Shown here: piece after piece, positions 1 through 8,994 of the stretch
Position numbering within the stretch: the first letter of the stretch is position 1
Layout: each line of letters begins with the position of its first letter
Virus record (IMG/VR): IMGVR_UViG_3300045988_094320
DNA: 54,795 nucleotides
Origin: a virus
Direction: 5' to 3' (one strand)
The notes under the pieces: generated by a model
Database searches by the model: none
Seen by the model: only the letters and a program-made list of their open reading frames with translations
What the model was told of the DNA's origin: nothing
Program-made: the position numbers and the translations under genes

Positions 1-99
1 AAAAGGGCAGACTATTGACGGTCAGGAAATCAATGCTGTAACAGCTACATATCAAGTAGATGTGATTGTCAACACACAGCAGTCAGACGCAAAAAAAAT
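1..99. repeat. Terminal direct repeat, identical to 54697..54795 (circular-assembly overlap or terminal redundancy)
   Basis: nt 1-99 (aaaagggcagactattgacgg...agacgcaaaaaaaat) recur exactly as the last 99 nt of the window. Confidence 0.95.
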
Positions 100-244
100 A
101 CTTGCCATAGTAGCAAACGTATTTAAGCGAATGAGATTTGAAGTAATATCAATGCCAGAGTTTGATTCAGAAGAAAAGATATATCGAAGTACAGCAAGAT
201 TTAGGCGGCTAATAGCCGCAAATGACAGATTATTAGATCAATAG
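2..244 (+). CDS. Tail-completion / head-tail joining protein, C-terminal part of a gene that starts at GTG 54500 and crosses the circular junction
   Basis: The frame of track ORF 62..244 is open from nt 2 and continues the frame opened at 54500. The combined product is about 146 aa. It lies between the gp10-like gene and the major tail gene. Confidence 0.6.
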   Translation, partial: KGQTIDGQEINAVTATYQVDVIVNTQQSDAKKILAIVANVFKRMRFEVISMPEFDSEEKIYRSTARFRRLIAANDRLLDQ

Positions 245-290
245 ACCGAAAGGTCTTATTTTTTTATAAAAAATTAAGGAGGTATACAAC

Positions 291-767
291 ATGGCATCAG
301 CAGGAGTTTCCACACTTGGAATTACTTTTGGTTATGGAGTAGAAACAACAGCCGGAACAAAACCTACGGCTTTTACACGACTTACCCGTATCAACGCGAT
401 CGGCGGTATCGCAATCGAAACTGAGCAGATTGACGCATCCGCGGTTGAAGATTTTATCACAAGATATGTACGTGGGCGTGGCGACACAGGCGGTTCTTTC
501 CCGGTAACGATCAATTTTACAGCGGAAACGGTCGCAGAATGGGAAAAACTTATCTCTGATTACGAAGCACTCACAGACGGCAAGAGAATGTGGTATGAGA
601 CAATCATTCCCGAATTTGAAAAAGCGTTTTTCGTTGTGGCACAGCCGCCTACGGCATTTCCACAGCCGGAAATAGGGCAAAATGAACTTCTTACGGTTGA
701 AATGAACTTAACGGTTGAAGAATACAAGGGAATGGATACAAAGGTAGCTTTTACACCGGGGGAATAA
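291..767 (+). CDS. Major tail (tube) protein
   Basis: 158 aa with an AAGGAGG RBS 7 nt upstream. It directly precedes the frameshifted chaperone pair and tape measure and is followed by a hairpin attenuator. Assigned by synteny, not by motif. Confidence 0.65.
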   Translation: MASAGVSTLGITFGYGVETTAGTKPTAFTRLTRINAIGGIAIETEQIDASAVEDFITRYVRGRGDTGGSFPVTINFTAETVAEWEKLISDYEALTDGKRMWYETIIPEFEKAFFVVAQPPTAFPQPEIGQNELLTVEMNLTVEEYKGMDTKVAFTPGE

Positions 768-861
768 ATAGCCAGTCGGAAATGAGTAATAGCAAGGCTG
801 TGCTGACTGGTTATGATGAAGAAACAGCCGAGCCAGAGATTGATAAGTATTAAATAGTAAA

Positions 862-887
862 GGGCGGTCTACGGACTGCCCCTTTCC
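862..887 (+). terminator. Hairpin terminator/attenuator after the major tail gene
   Basis: GGGCGGTC-tacg-GACTGCCC (8 bp, one G:T) followed by a T-rich ctttcc tract. Confidence 0.5.
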
Positions 888-925
888 TATGTGAAAAACA
901 TAGGGGGAAAGGAAAAGGTAACAAA

Positions 926-1279
926 ATGAAATATTTTACATTAAATGGAAAAGAATATAAGTCCAAAGAACTTGACTACAATACAGCCTGCGACCTTGAA
1001 GATATGGGTGTTTCACTGGAAATGGCAAATGAACGCCCTATGTCAATGGTACGTGCGTATTTTGCCTGCTGTGCTGATATTAGCAAAGAAGCGGCAGGGA
1101 AAGAAATTGAAGCACATATTGTAGCTGGTGGAAAACTGGATGATGTTATAGATATTATGACAGAAGAGGTTGAAAACAGCAGTTTTTTTCGCGCTCTCAG
1201 CAAGACAACGGAAACGGAAAATGCAGAGAGTACGTCGGAGCAGGGAAAAGAAGAGAAAAAAGAAAGAAGCAAAAATTAA
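926..1279 (+). CDS. Tail assembly chaperone (gpG-like)
   Basis: 117 aa with an acidic C-terminus. It sits upstream of the tape measure and contains an in-frame slippery heptamer, with an overlapping -1 ORF downstream. Confidence 0.75.
   Translation: MKYFTLNGKEYKSKELDYNTACDLEDMGVSLEMANERPMSMVRAYFACCADISKEAAGKEIEAHIVAGGKLDDVIDIMTEEVENSSFFRALSKTTETENAESTSEQGKEEKKERSKN
1183..1189 (+). promoter_or_regulatory. Programmed -1 ribosomal frameshift slippery site T_TTT_TTT
   Basis: The seven-T run is phased X_XXY_YYZ relative to the 926 frame (codons AGT TTT TTT CGC). The -1 frame is open from 1174 to 1668. Confidence 0.65.
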
Positions 1280-1668
1280 GAGATTTGCTTGAAAAAGAAG
1301 TATTTCCGCAGGCGTATGTAATGGGTGTTACGTGGGAACAGTTTTGGAAACTAAACCCACGTAAACTTGATTCTATTTTTGCCGGATACAAAGCCAAGCT
1401 AAAAGAAGATGATTATAAGAACTGGCTAAACGGTATTTATACGCAATCGGCTGTTTTTGTTTCGATAGACATAGCACTGAATGGCAGAAAATCTAAGAGC
1501 AAATATCTAAAACGACCGATTCTTGAAGAAATGGAAAATCAGCAAAATATGTCAGAGGAAGAAATGCAAAAGCAAAGAGAATTGTTTGTTGCAAAACTCT
1601 TGGCAATGCAAGCAAATTTCAATATAAATCATAGGGAGAAATCCAAAAATGAGCAAGAAAGTAATTGA
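1189..1668 (+). CDS. gpT-like -1 frame extension of the tail chaperone (fusion 926..1189 + 1189..1668)
   Basis: The track ORF 1285..1668 frame is -1 relative to 926..1279 and is open back to 1174. This is the classic G/GT arrangement upstream of a tape measure. Confidence 0.6.
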   Translation, partial: SRSQQDNGNGKCREYVGAGKRREKRKKQKLRDLLEKEVFPQAYVMGVTWEQFWKLNPRKLDSIFAGYKAKLKEDDYKNWLNGIYTQSAVFVSIDIALNGRKSKSKYLKRPILEEMENQQNMSEEEMQKQRELFVAKLLAMQANFNINHREKSKNEQESN

Positions 1669-2512
1669 TGTATCATCATATCAAGGTTCAATAAATTGGC
1701 GACTGGTAAAACAGTCAGGCATTGATGGCGCAATCTTAAAGATTATGCGGAAAAACCTTGCTAAAGATAAGTTTTTCGAGGTCAACTACAAAAACGCAGA
1801 AAATGCCGGTGTTCCTGTGATTGGCGTATACAACTACAGTTATGCGACTACAGTTGCAAAAGCAAAGGCGGATGCCAAGAAAGTATTAGAGCATCTAAAC
1901 GGAAGAAAAAAGACCGTATGGCTCGATGTAGAGGACAAGTGCCAACAGGGGCTTGGAGCGGCTCTTATAGGCATCATACGAGCTTACAGAGATATCATTG
2001 TTGCCGCAGGATATGACTTCGGTGTTTACACTGGATACGCATTTTATAACAAATACATTCTACCTTATGGCGGAGTAGATTGTAAGCTGTGGATTGCAAA
2101 ATACGGTATCAATGATGGCAAGTACAATGTCAACCGTCAGCCTGTGGTTAGCGGTAATATGGTCGGATGGCAGTACACGTCCAAAGGAACTGTAGGCGGC
2201 GTATATGGCAAAGTGGATTTAAGTATTTGGTATGAAGATATTGAAAACAATACCGCCGCTGTATCACATAGAAATAATTACCCGGAACCGCGCAGACTGT
2301 TGAAAAAAACAGTACCTTGTCAACGCGGAGAGGATGTTAAGTGGCTTCAATGCGAGCTTGTATATCACGGTTTTCTTGTACGCAAAGACATTGACGGAAT
2401 TTTTGGAAAAGATACGGCAAATGCGGTAGGAAGATTTCAGAAGAAAGTGGGAATAAAAGTCGATAAGAAGTGCGGAGTGGTAACAATCAGTTACCTAAAA
2501 GCAACTAATTGA
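1649..2512 (+). CDS. Endolysin: GH25 muramidase with a C-terminal PG_binding_1 domain
   Basis: The N-terminus DVSSYQGSINW...GIDGAILKI fits the GH25 signature. The C-terminus GEDVKWLQCEL...DGIFGKDTANAVGRFQKKVGI fits the peptidoglycan-binding-1 repeat. No signal peptide. The start overlaps the chaperone extension by 20 nt. Confidence 0.85.
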   Translation: MSKKVIDVSSYQGSINWRLVKQSGIDGAILKIMRKNLAKDKFFEVNYKNAENAGVPVIGVYNYSYATTVAKAKADAKKVLEHLNGRKKTVWLDVEDKCQQGLGAALIGIIRAYRDIIVAAGYDFGVYTGYAFYNKYILPYGGVDCKLWIAKYGINDGKYNVNRQPVVSGNMVGWQYTSKGTVGGVYGKVDLSIWYEDIENNTAAVSHRNNYPEPRRLLKKTVPCQRGEDVKWLQCELVYHGFLVRKDIDGIFGKDTANAVGRFQKKVGIKVDKKCGVVTISYLKATN

Positions 2513-2525
2513 CAACAAAATTTAG

Positions 2526-2556
2526 AGCGGTGTGGATTTCCATGCCGCTTTTTTTA
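2526..2556 (+). terminator. Intrinsic terminator between the lysin and the tape measure
   Basis: AGCGG-13 nt loop-(G)CCGCT followed by TTTTTTT. Confidence 0.6.
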
Positions 2557-2579
2557 ATTTACGGAAAGTTGGTGGAAGT

Positions 2580-5500
2580 ATGGCAGAAGTAGATAGCTTA
2601 GAGATTGCTATAAAAGCGCAGGCAACACAAGCAAATAACGCATTAGATAAACTGGTAAACAATCTTACTAGGCTGTCAAACTCTCTTATGAGCGTAAATA
2701 CAAGCGGTCTCAACGGTTTGTCAAATGGAGTAACAAAGCTGTCTAATGCTATGGCTGGAATCAGCACGGTAAAAACGGCAGATTTTACGAGAGTTGCTAA
2801 TGGAATCACAAAAATTTCAAGCATTGACACGGCTAATTTGAACCGCTCTGCATCTGCAATCGGTATGCTCGGAAAAGCCTTAACACCGCTGACCGCTTCT
2901 GGTGCATCTGACAGAGTTACAGCACTTGCAAAAGCGATTTCACAGCTTGGTTATAAGTCAAGCACAAAAGCCATTGACAATATACCTAAACTGGCTAAAG
3001 CTATGAAACAGCTTATTACAACGCTTTCCGGCGCACCAAAGGTAAGTCAAAATCTTATAGATATGACTAACGCGCTTGCACAATTTGCGCGTACTGGGGC
3101 ATCCGGCGGCAATGCGGCAAAGGCACTTGCGAATAACTTTACCTCTTTTGGTTCTACGGCAGTAAAAGCTAAAAAACATACGTTTTCACTAGCATCCGCT
3201 TTCGGAAAACTATACGCTTCATACTGGCTTCTGATTCGCGGAGCTGGGAAGTTAAAAGAAGCGATCAACATATCATCTGCTTTGACAGAAGTACAAAACG
3301 TAGTTGTCAATACGTTCGGGCAATATACAGATTCGCTTGAAAAATTCTCGAAAAATGCAATACAGCAGTATGGTATTTCTGAGTTGACTGCAAAGCAGAC
3401 AGCAAGTAGGTATCAGGCAATGGGTATCGCAATGGGAGTACCTATTCAGAAAATGTCTGATATGTCTATTGCGTTGACGAAGTTATCCGCTGATATGGCA
3501 TCTTTCTATAATGTAGAGCAAAGCCAAGTGCAGCAGAATTTGCAGTCTATTTTCACTGGCGAGACAGAACCAATGAGAAAATATGGTATCGACCTCACAA
3601 ATGCCACATTGAAAGAATGGGCTTTAAAAGAGGGTCTTGATGCGGATATTTCGTCTATGACGCAGATGGAAAAGACAATGCTTCGATACCAATACGTAAT
3701 GCAGAATACAGCGAATGTGCAGGGGGACTTCGCTAGGACTGCAGATACATGGGCGAACCAGCTTCGTATCTTGCGAGAGCAGTTTAAGGCGCTTGGGGCT
3801 ATTTGGGGCAATGCTTTTATCAATATGCTTAAACCACTTGTCAAGGCACTGAATACGGCTATGCAAGCTGTAATTAAGTTTTCTGAAACTGTTGTAAATG
3901 CGCTTGGGGTTATTTTTGGTTGGAAGATTGAAATGCAGTCCGGCGCAATAGCAGAAGATTACGACACGGCGGCTGGAAGTGCTGATGATTTAGCGGCAAA
4001 CACAGGGAAAGCGGCAGATAATGCTAAAAAGCTAAAACAGCAGTTGCAGGGCTTTGATAAGTTAAACAATCTTACAACAAACCAAGGCAGCGACAGCGGA
4101 ACTGGAAAGGGAAGCGGTGCTGGTGGCGCTACTGGCGGTGCATCTGGCGGCAATCTGAAATTCAATGTTAAGGAAACGGAAAGTTTTTACAAGAGCAAGA
4201 TAAAAACGCTTGAAGGACTTGGAAAGTATATCGGGAATAGCCTGTCAAAAGCTATGGAATCCATTAAATGGGATAAAGTATATAAGAAAGCAAAAGCGTT
4301 CGGTACAGGTCTTGCACAGTTTTTAAATGGTCTTATCAGTCCAAGACTTTTCGGAAATGTCGGAAAAACCATTGCTGGCGCACTTAACACAGCTATCTAT
4401 GCCGCGCTTTCATTCGGAACGACATTTAACTGGAAAAACTTAGGCAATTCGATTGCAAAAGGAATCAATAAGTTTTTTGACACGTTTGATTTCGCAGCAT
4501 TCGGAAAGACCGTCAATACATGGGTACATGGTATATGGACTACTCTTACTACGGCAATCAAGAAGATAAAGTGGGAAAATGTATTAAAAGGAATTACTGA
4601 TTTCCTAGGAGAACTTGATCTCGAAACAGTTTCAATTATTCTTGGTGTCATTACAATCAAAGGAATAAAAAAACTTCTGTTTTCTGAAAAATTCAAAAAA
4701 TGGTTGGGAGAAAAAGCATCAAAGGTAATTGTCAAAGCAATAGCTTCAAAATTGGGAGTAGAAGCGACTTGGTCTGTAGTAGGAAAAACTATTTTAACCA
4801 AGGTCGGCGGAATATTTGCAGGAATCGGCGCAAAAATTGGAGCCACAATAAACATGGCAATAGCTTCTGCTGGCGGTATGCAGGCAATAATTGCAGCAGG
4901 CACCTTAATAGCAGAAACATTATTCGCAGGAATAGCCGCGGCAATAGCAGGATGGAATTTAGGTCAGTGGCTAAATGAAAAACTAACAGGCGAAAAAATA
5001 GATATGTCATTCTCGGAGCAAATGACAGAAATCAAAAATTCCTTTTCTGATGGTTCGTGGAAAGAAGCGTTGAAACTTTGGGGCGACGATATCTACAACG
5101 GTTTTCTTGCTGTTTCAGAATCAGAAGACCAACTTATGAAGCCTGTTAAAGATGGGCTGAATGAAGTGAGAGGAATGTTCTCTGACGGTCAATTCGGAGA
5201 AGCTATGTCTCTTTGGGGGCAAGATATATACGATGGTTTCTTGTCAGTATCGCAGTCGCAAGATAATTTTATGAAGCCTTTTAAAGACAAGTACAATGAG
5301 GTAAAAGGTCTTTTTGCTGACGGACAGTTCGGCGCGGCTATGGGAGCATGGGGCGACGATATCAAACTGAAACTGAACAATGTAAAAGATAGTTTTCTGC
5401 TGACATGGGATAACATAAAGTTAGGCGTTAAAAGCGCATGGCAAGCTACGGTTGACGGTCTGAAAGAAATATGGAACAAATTCGCAACGTGGCTGAACGA

Positions 5501-5900
5501 GAAGCTATCGTTCGATATACCGCCAATCAATATTGCTGGCAAGGAATTATTCGGTGGCACACATATCGACCTCGGCAAAATACCGACTTTTGCAAGCGGC
5601 GGTTATGTTCCAAAGCAGTACAGCTTGCTCATGGCTGGCGAAAATGGTATACCAGAAATCGCAGGAACGGTAGGTGGAAAGACAGCGGTTGCCGGCGGCG
5701 CGGAAATCACGGGCATTAAAGAAGCAATCTTACAGGCATCAAGCAATGAAATGGCTCTACTGAGACAACAAAACACGCTACTGCAAGGTATTCTTGCTAA
5801 AGAGTTTGGCATCAGTCAGTCCGACGTAGGAAAAGCCGCTAGAAGTTATGCAAAGGACTATAACCAGCGGACAGGAAAAGACGCATACAGTTTCGCTTGA
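2580..5900 (+). CDS. Tail tape measure protein
   Basis: 1106 aa from ATG 2580 (RBS GGTGGAAG); the track ORF opens at 2532, inside the terminator. It has a TP901-type core (FYNVEQSQVQQNLQSIFTGETEPMRKYGIDL), a Gly-rich linker, a hydrophobic block and 45-aa tandem repeats. Confidence 0.9.
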   Translation: MAEVDSLEIAIKAQATQANNALDKLVNNLTRLSNSLMSVNTSGLNGLSNGVTKLSNAMAGISTVKTADFTRVANGITKISSIDTANLNRSASAIGMLGKALTPLTASGASDRVTALAKAISQLGYKSSTKAIDNIPKLAKAMKQLITTLSGAPKVSQNLIDMTNALAQFARTGASGGNAAKALANNFTSFGSTAVKAKKHTFSLASAFGKLYASYWLLIRGAGKLKEAINISSALTEVQNVVVNTFGQYTDSLEKFSKNAIQQYGISELTAKQTASRYQAMGIAMGVPIQKMSDMSIALTKLSADMASFYNVEQSQVQQNLQSIFTGETEPMRKYGIDLTNATLKEWALKEGLDADISSMTQMEKTMLRYQYVMQNTANVQGDFARTADTWANQLRILREQFKALGAIWGNAFINMLKPLVKALNTAMQAVIKFSETVVNALGVIFGWKIEMQSGAIAEDYDTAAGSADDLAANTGKAADNAKKLKQQLQGFDKLNNLTTNQGSDSGTGKGSGAGGATGGASGGNLKFNVKETESFYKSKIKTLEGLGKYIGNSLSKAMESIKWDKVYKKAKAFGTGLAQFLNGLISPRLFGNVGKTIAGALNTAIYAALSFGTTFNWKNLGNSIAKGINKFFDTFDFAAFGKTVNTWVHGIWTTLTTAIKKIKWENVLKGITDFLGELDLETVSIILGVITIKGIKKLLFSEKFKKWLGEKASKVIVKAIASKLGVEATWSVVGKTILTKVGGIFAGIGAKIGATINMAIASAGGMQAIIAAGTLIAETLFAGIAAAIAGWNLGQWLNEKLTGEKIDMSFSEQMTEIKNSFSDGSWKEALKLWGDDIYNGFLAVSESEDQLMKPVKDGLNEVRGMFSDGQFGEAMSLWGQDIYDGFLSVSQSQDNFMKPFKDKYNEVKGLFADGQFGAAMGAWGDDIKLKLNNVKDSFLLTWDNIKLGVKSAWQATVDGLKEIWNKFATWLNEKLSFDIPPINIAGKELFGGTHIDLGKIPTFASGGYVPKQYSLLMAGENGIPEIAGTVGGKTAVAGGAEITGIKEAILQASSNEMALLRQQNTLLQGILAKEFGISQSDVGKAARSYAKDYNQRTGKDAYSFA
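5043..5370 (+). repeat. In-frame 135-nt (45-aa) tandem repeat, about 2.4 copies, inside the tape measure
   Basis: FSDGSWKEALKLWGDDIYNGFLAVSESEDQLMKPVKDGLNEVRGM / FSDGQFGEAMSLWGQDIYDGFLSVSQSQDNFMKPFKDKYNEVKGL / FADGQFGAAMGAWGDDI... Confidence 0.85.
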
Positions 5901-5925
5901 TAGATTTTTCCCCTTGTGATATGAT
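5897..5925 (+). promoter_or_regulatory. Sigma70-type promoter with extended -10 for the moron gene
   Basis: TTGATA (5897-5902), 17-nt spacer, TG-a-TATGAT (5917-5925). It overlaps the tape-measure stop codon. Confidence 0.5.
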
Positions 5926-5946
5926 AAGAAAAAAATCACAAGGGGG
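5909..5946 (+). promoter_or_regulatory. 12-bp hairpin that sequesters the moron Shine-Dalgarno sequence
   Basis: TCCCCTTGTGAT (5909-5920) pairs perfectly with ATCACAAGGGGA (5935-5946). The 3' arm contains the SD AAGGGGGA, 8 nt before ATG 5955. Confidence 0.6.
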
Positions 5947-5954
5947 ATATAAAT

Positions 5955-6746
5955 ATGGCACTTATTACTTGCCCGGAATGCGGGAAAGAAGTATCAGACA
6001 AGGCGGCTACTTGCCCTAACTGTGGTTGCCCTTTGCAACAGTCACAACAGACAATTCAAGTCGAGGAATGGAAACCGCAGAAACCAAAGAAAATGAAGAA
6101 CAGTACATTGAGTACATGGGCGGCTGTATTAGCGTTTTTCACGTTTACAAGCCCTATTGGTTTTATTGTAGCCATAGTAGACTTAGCAAAAAAGGATAAA
6201 GAACACAAGCATACAGGTTCCTATTTTGCAATTATATTTTTTGCCTGTATTGTTTTGATGGTATCCTGCCCGAACAAGGACGATGAACCACAGAAAGTAG
6301 GAAGTGTTGAAACAAGTCAGCCTGCTACAACAGATACAAATACTTCTGCGGAATCTGCAAAAAGTAACATATTCCATGTAGGGGATGTGGTTGAAACAGA
6401 AGATTTCAGAATCACATATCTTGAATCGCAGGAATATACAAGCGACAACGAATTTTTACAGCCAAAAGACGGATACAAATACTGGAAATTCACATTTAAG
6501 TTTGAAAACATTTCAAACGATGTGAAGAATGTATCGAGTATAATGGATTGGGAATGTTATGCAGATAATTCAAAGGTAGATCAGACATATCTTGAAATGG
6601 ATAATGGTCTTGACGGTCAGTTATCCGCAGGACGTGAAACACAAGGCTCTTTGTTTTTTGAAGTACCGAACGATGTTCAGAATTTGGAACTTGAATATGC
6701 AATCAGCTATTATGGAAATGACAGAATAGTATTTGTCTCACAATAA
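5955..6746 (+). CDS. Membrane protein with an N-terminal zinc ribbon, TM segments and a C-terminal DUF4352-like beta domain (moron; candidate exclusion or surface protein)
   Basis: CPECG..CPNCGCP is followed by two hydrophobic stretches, and the C-terminus FRITYLE...YWKFTFKFENIS...GSLFFEVP resembles DUF4352. The gene is insulated by its own promoter and terminator between the tape measure and the distal tail gene. Confidence 0.6.
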   Translation: MALITCPECGKEVSDKAATCPNCGCPLQQSQQTIQVEEWKPQKPKKMKNSTLSTWAAVLAFFTFTSPIGFIVAIVDLAKKDKEHKHTGSYFAIIFFACIVLMVSCPNKDDEPQKVGSVETSQPATTDTNTSAESAKSNIFHVGDVVETEDFRITYLESQEYTSDNEFLQPKDGYKYWKFTFKFENISNDVKNVSSIMDWECYADNSKVDQTYLEMDNGLDGQLSAGRETQGSLFFEVPNDVQNLELEYAISYYGNDRIVFVSQ

Positions 6747-6760
6747 ATTGAATAACTTTT

Positions 6761-6790
6761 AAAGGCAGTCGAAATAGGCTGCCTTTTTTA
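6761..6790 (+). terminator. Strong intrinsic terminator after the moron
   Basis: AAAGGCAG-10 nt loop-CTGCCTTT followed by a T run. Confidence 0.8.
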
Positions 6791-6878
6791 TTTCAAAAAA
6801 TAATTCGGTGTTGAATTGGCATCTATCAGAAATGGTAGGTGCTTTTTTAATGCCTATTTTTTAAACAGGAGATTTACG

Positions 6879-7283
6879 ATGGCATACGCTGGATACCTTA
6901 TCAGAGTTGGAAATTATACAATCCCAAAGAAATACATGAGGGCAGAAAAATACGACGTAGTTCTTCACGGACAAGACTTGGATTCGTACCGTGACGCTAA
7001 CGGTCAGCTACAGCGTACAGCCTTGCAGCATACGGTTGTTGATGTAACTTTCTCTACTCCGCCTATGATGCATGAAGTGGTATGGAGAAACCTCATAGAC
7101 AGCATTAGAGCGCAGTATACGAACTCTATTGAGAAGAAGTGCACTGCATCGGTTTACGTGCCGGAAATAGGCGATTACAAGGTGCAGGACGTATATCTTC
7201 CTGATATCAAGACCAATATATACTATGCGGACGATCACGACATTATATACAACGAAATCGAACTGCAATTTATCGGGTATTAA
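6879..7283 (+). CDS. Small distal-tail (Dit-like) component
   Basis: 134 aa from ATG 6879 (RBS CAGGAG). It is the first gene after the tape measure/moron. Assigned by synteny only. Confidence 0.5.
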   Translation: MAYAGYLIRVGNYTIPKKYMRAEKYDVVLHGQDLDSYRDANGQLQRTALQHTVVDVTFSTPPMMHEVVWRNLIDSIRAQYTNSIEKKCTASVYVPEIGDYKVQDVYLPDIKTNIYYADDHDIIYNEIELQFIGY

Positions 7284-7295
7284 GAGGTAGTAATT

Positions 7296-8990
7296 ATGCT
7301 GAATGTGACAGAAAAGACAAAACTGGCATTTTTGCAGAGTAGCAGCCACAAAGAATTGAGTATAACATTCCCGGATCACGACTTGATTGTTGGAAATGCT
7401 AACATTGTTCAAGAGAGCATGGAACTGGAAGAAAGCATTATGTCCGGGAACGATCTTGAATTTATCGGCTGCGAAAGTAGCAGATTTTCTATAGATTTAT
7501 CCGGCACATTGATTGATATAGACGGTGTACCAGTAACCAAGGATTTAACCGGCACCGATATATCTGTTTCTATTAAGGCAAGCGGATCCGAAGAAAGCGT
7601 ACCGCTATTTGTCGGAACCGTAGTTGAGTATGACGGAAAAAGTAATACGCGCAAGAAAACAATCACTGCATATGATGCCTTGTATTGGCTGGGAGATTCA
7701 GTCAAAGGGGAAGTAGACTGGACGGACTACAATACTCTCAAATTTCCTATCACGATAAAGAAATTCAGAAACTGGCTTTTTGGAAAAGTGGGGATTGAGC
7801 AGGAAACCGTTGCACTTCCGGCAGATGATATAGAGACAAGAGGTCTTGACGATTATGTTTACAGTCAGACGAGAAAGTACCAGCGTGGAGAACTGTGTAA
7901 ATATCACGGAAAAGTATATGCAAGAAAGGTATATACCAAACAGAAAGAAATTAGCTTTGAATCTGCAAAGTGGTATCAGCCGGCAGAATATGACAGCACA
8001 AGAGTATACAAATACGGAACGGTGATTACTAAAAACGATGCATTTTATCTGTGCAACAAAGATTTTTCTTCGGCTAAAGAGTATTCAGAGGAAGATTGGT
8101 CGGAAATCGAATTTGAAACGGAATACAGCGACGAAAACACGACATACCTTGACCTTATTAAACTTGTATGTCAGTTAAATTGCGTATGGGGCAGGATCAA
8201 TCGCTATGGAAAGTTTACATATACTTTCCCTACACAGCTGACAGAAGATGATTCTTTTTATCCAGGAGCAGAATCTTTTCTACCAATGTATCCTACCACT
8301 GGTATTGATGATTCTACTGGCACTGATTCGGCAAGTAATTCCGTTCACTATGCGCACTACAAGGAAGCGACATACGAGACATACAAGATAAAACCGCTGA
8401 ACAGGTTCATTGTTCGTGATTCTTCTAAGGATAAAGCTAAAGGAAATGTAGGAACTGGAAAGCGGAAATATATAGTGCAAGGAAACCAGCTGTTATTTGG
8501 TCTTGACAGAATATGGAAAACACAGCTTGCAACGCTTCTAATGGATCAAAATGAGGGTTTCACTTACCAGCCGTTTGAAGCCACGACAATGGGACTTCCA
8601 TATATAGAGTGCGGAGACGTAGCAATGTTTTATGTCTACGATTTCATCAATTCGGCGCAGCAGCAGAAAGATATTTGGGTAGAAATGTCCTTTATTATTT
8701 TGCATAGAAAACTGACTGGCATTCAGCAGCTTATGGATGAGCTGTCTGCAACCGGCGAAAAAGGAAACACGCATATATCCGGCAGTGAAGCGCAAGTGAA
8801 TCAAAACTACACAAACACACAGATTCAGAAATTACAGACCAGCCAAAGCTACACTGAATCAAATGTTGAAAATCTGAATGAGCAGGTGGAACAGTTACAG
8901 GCAAGCGGATTGAAAGTAGAATCGGTCACAGCACTTCCGGCAAGCCCGGATGCAAACACAATCTATCTGATTCAGGGAACGGCAGGTTGA
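7296..8990 (+). CDS. Tail-associated hub / minor structural protein (Tal-like)
   Basis: 564 aa in the second position after the tape measure, with a C-terminal coiled-coil-like segment (NLNEQVEQLQASG). Confidence 0.6.
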   Translation: MLNVTEKTKLAFLQSSSHKELSITFPDHDLIVGNANIVQESMELEESIMSGNDLEFIGCESSRFSIDLSGTLIDIDGVPVTKDLTGTDISVSIKASGSEESVPLFVGTVVEYDGKSNTRKKTITAYDALYWLGDSVKGEVDWTDYNTLKFPITIKKFRNWLFGKVGIEQETVALPADDIETRGLDDYVYSQTRKYQRGELCKYHGKVYARKVYTKQKEISFESAKWYQPAEYDSTRVYKYGTVITKNDAFYLCNKDFSSAKEYSEEDWSEIEFETEYSDENTTYLDLIKLVCQLNCVWGRINRYGKFTYTFPTQLTEDDSFYPGAESFLPMYPTTGIDDSTGTDSASNSVHYAHYKEATYETYKIKPLNRFIVRDSSKDKAKGNVGTGKRKYIVQGNQLLFGLDRIWKTQLATLLMDQNEGFTYQPFEATTMGLPYIECGDVAMFYVYDFINSAQQQKDIWVEMSFIILHRKLTGIQQLMDELSATGEKGNTHISGSEAQVNQNYTNTQIQKLQTSQSYTESNVENLNEQVEQLQASGLKVESVTALPASPDANTIYLIQGTAG

Positions 8991-8994
8991 TGAA

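Noticed and set aside
2522-5812. Many minus-strand and alternative-frame ORFs inside the tape measure gene (for example 4397..4903 -, 5189..5578 -)
   Set aside because: They are nested antisense to a well-supported 1106-aa gene, have no RBS, and give low-complexity translations.
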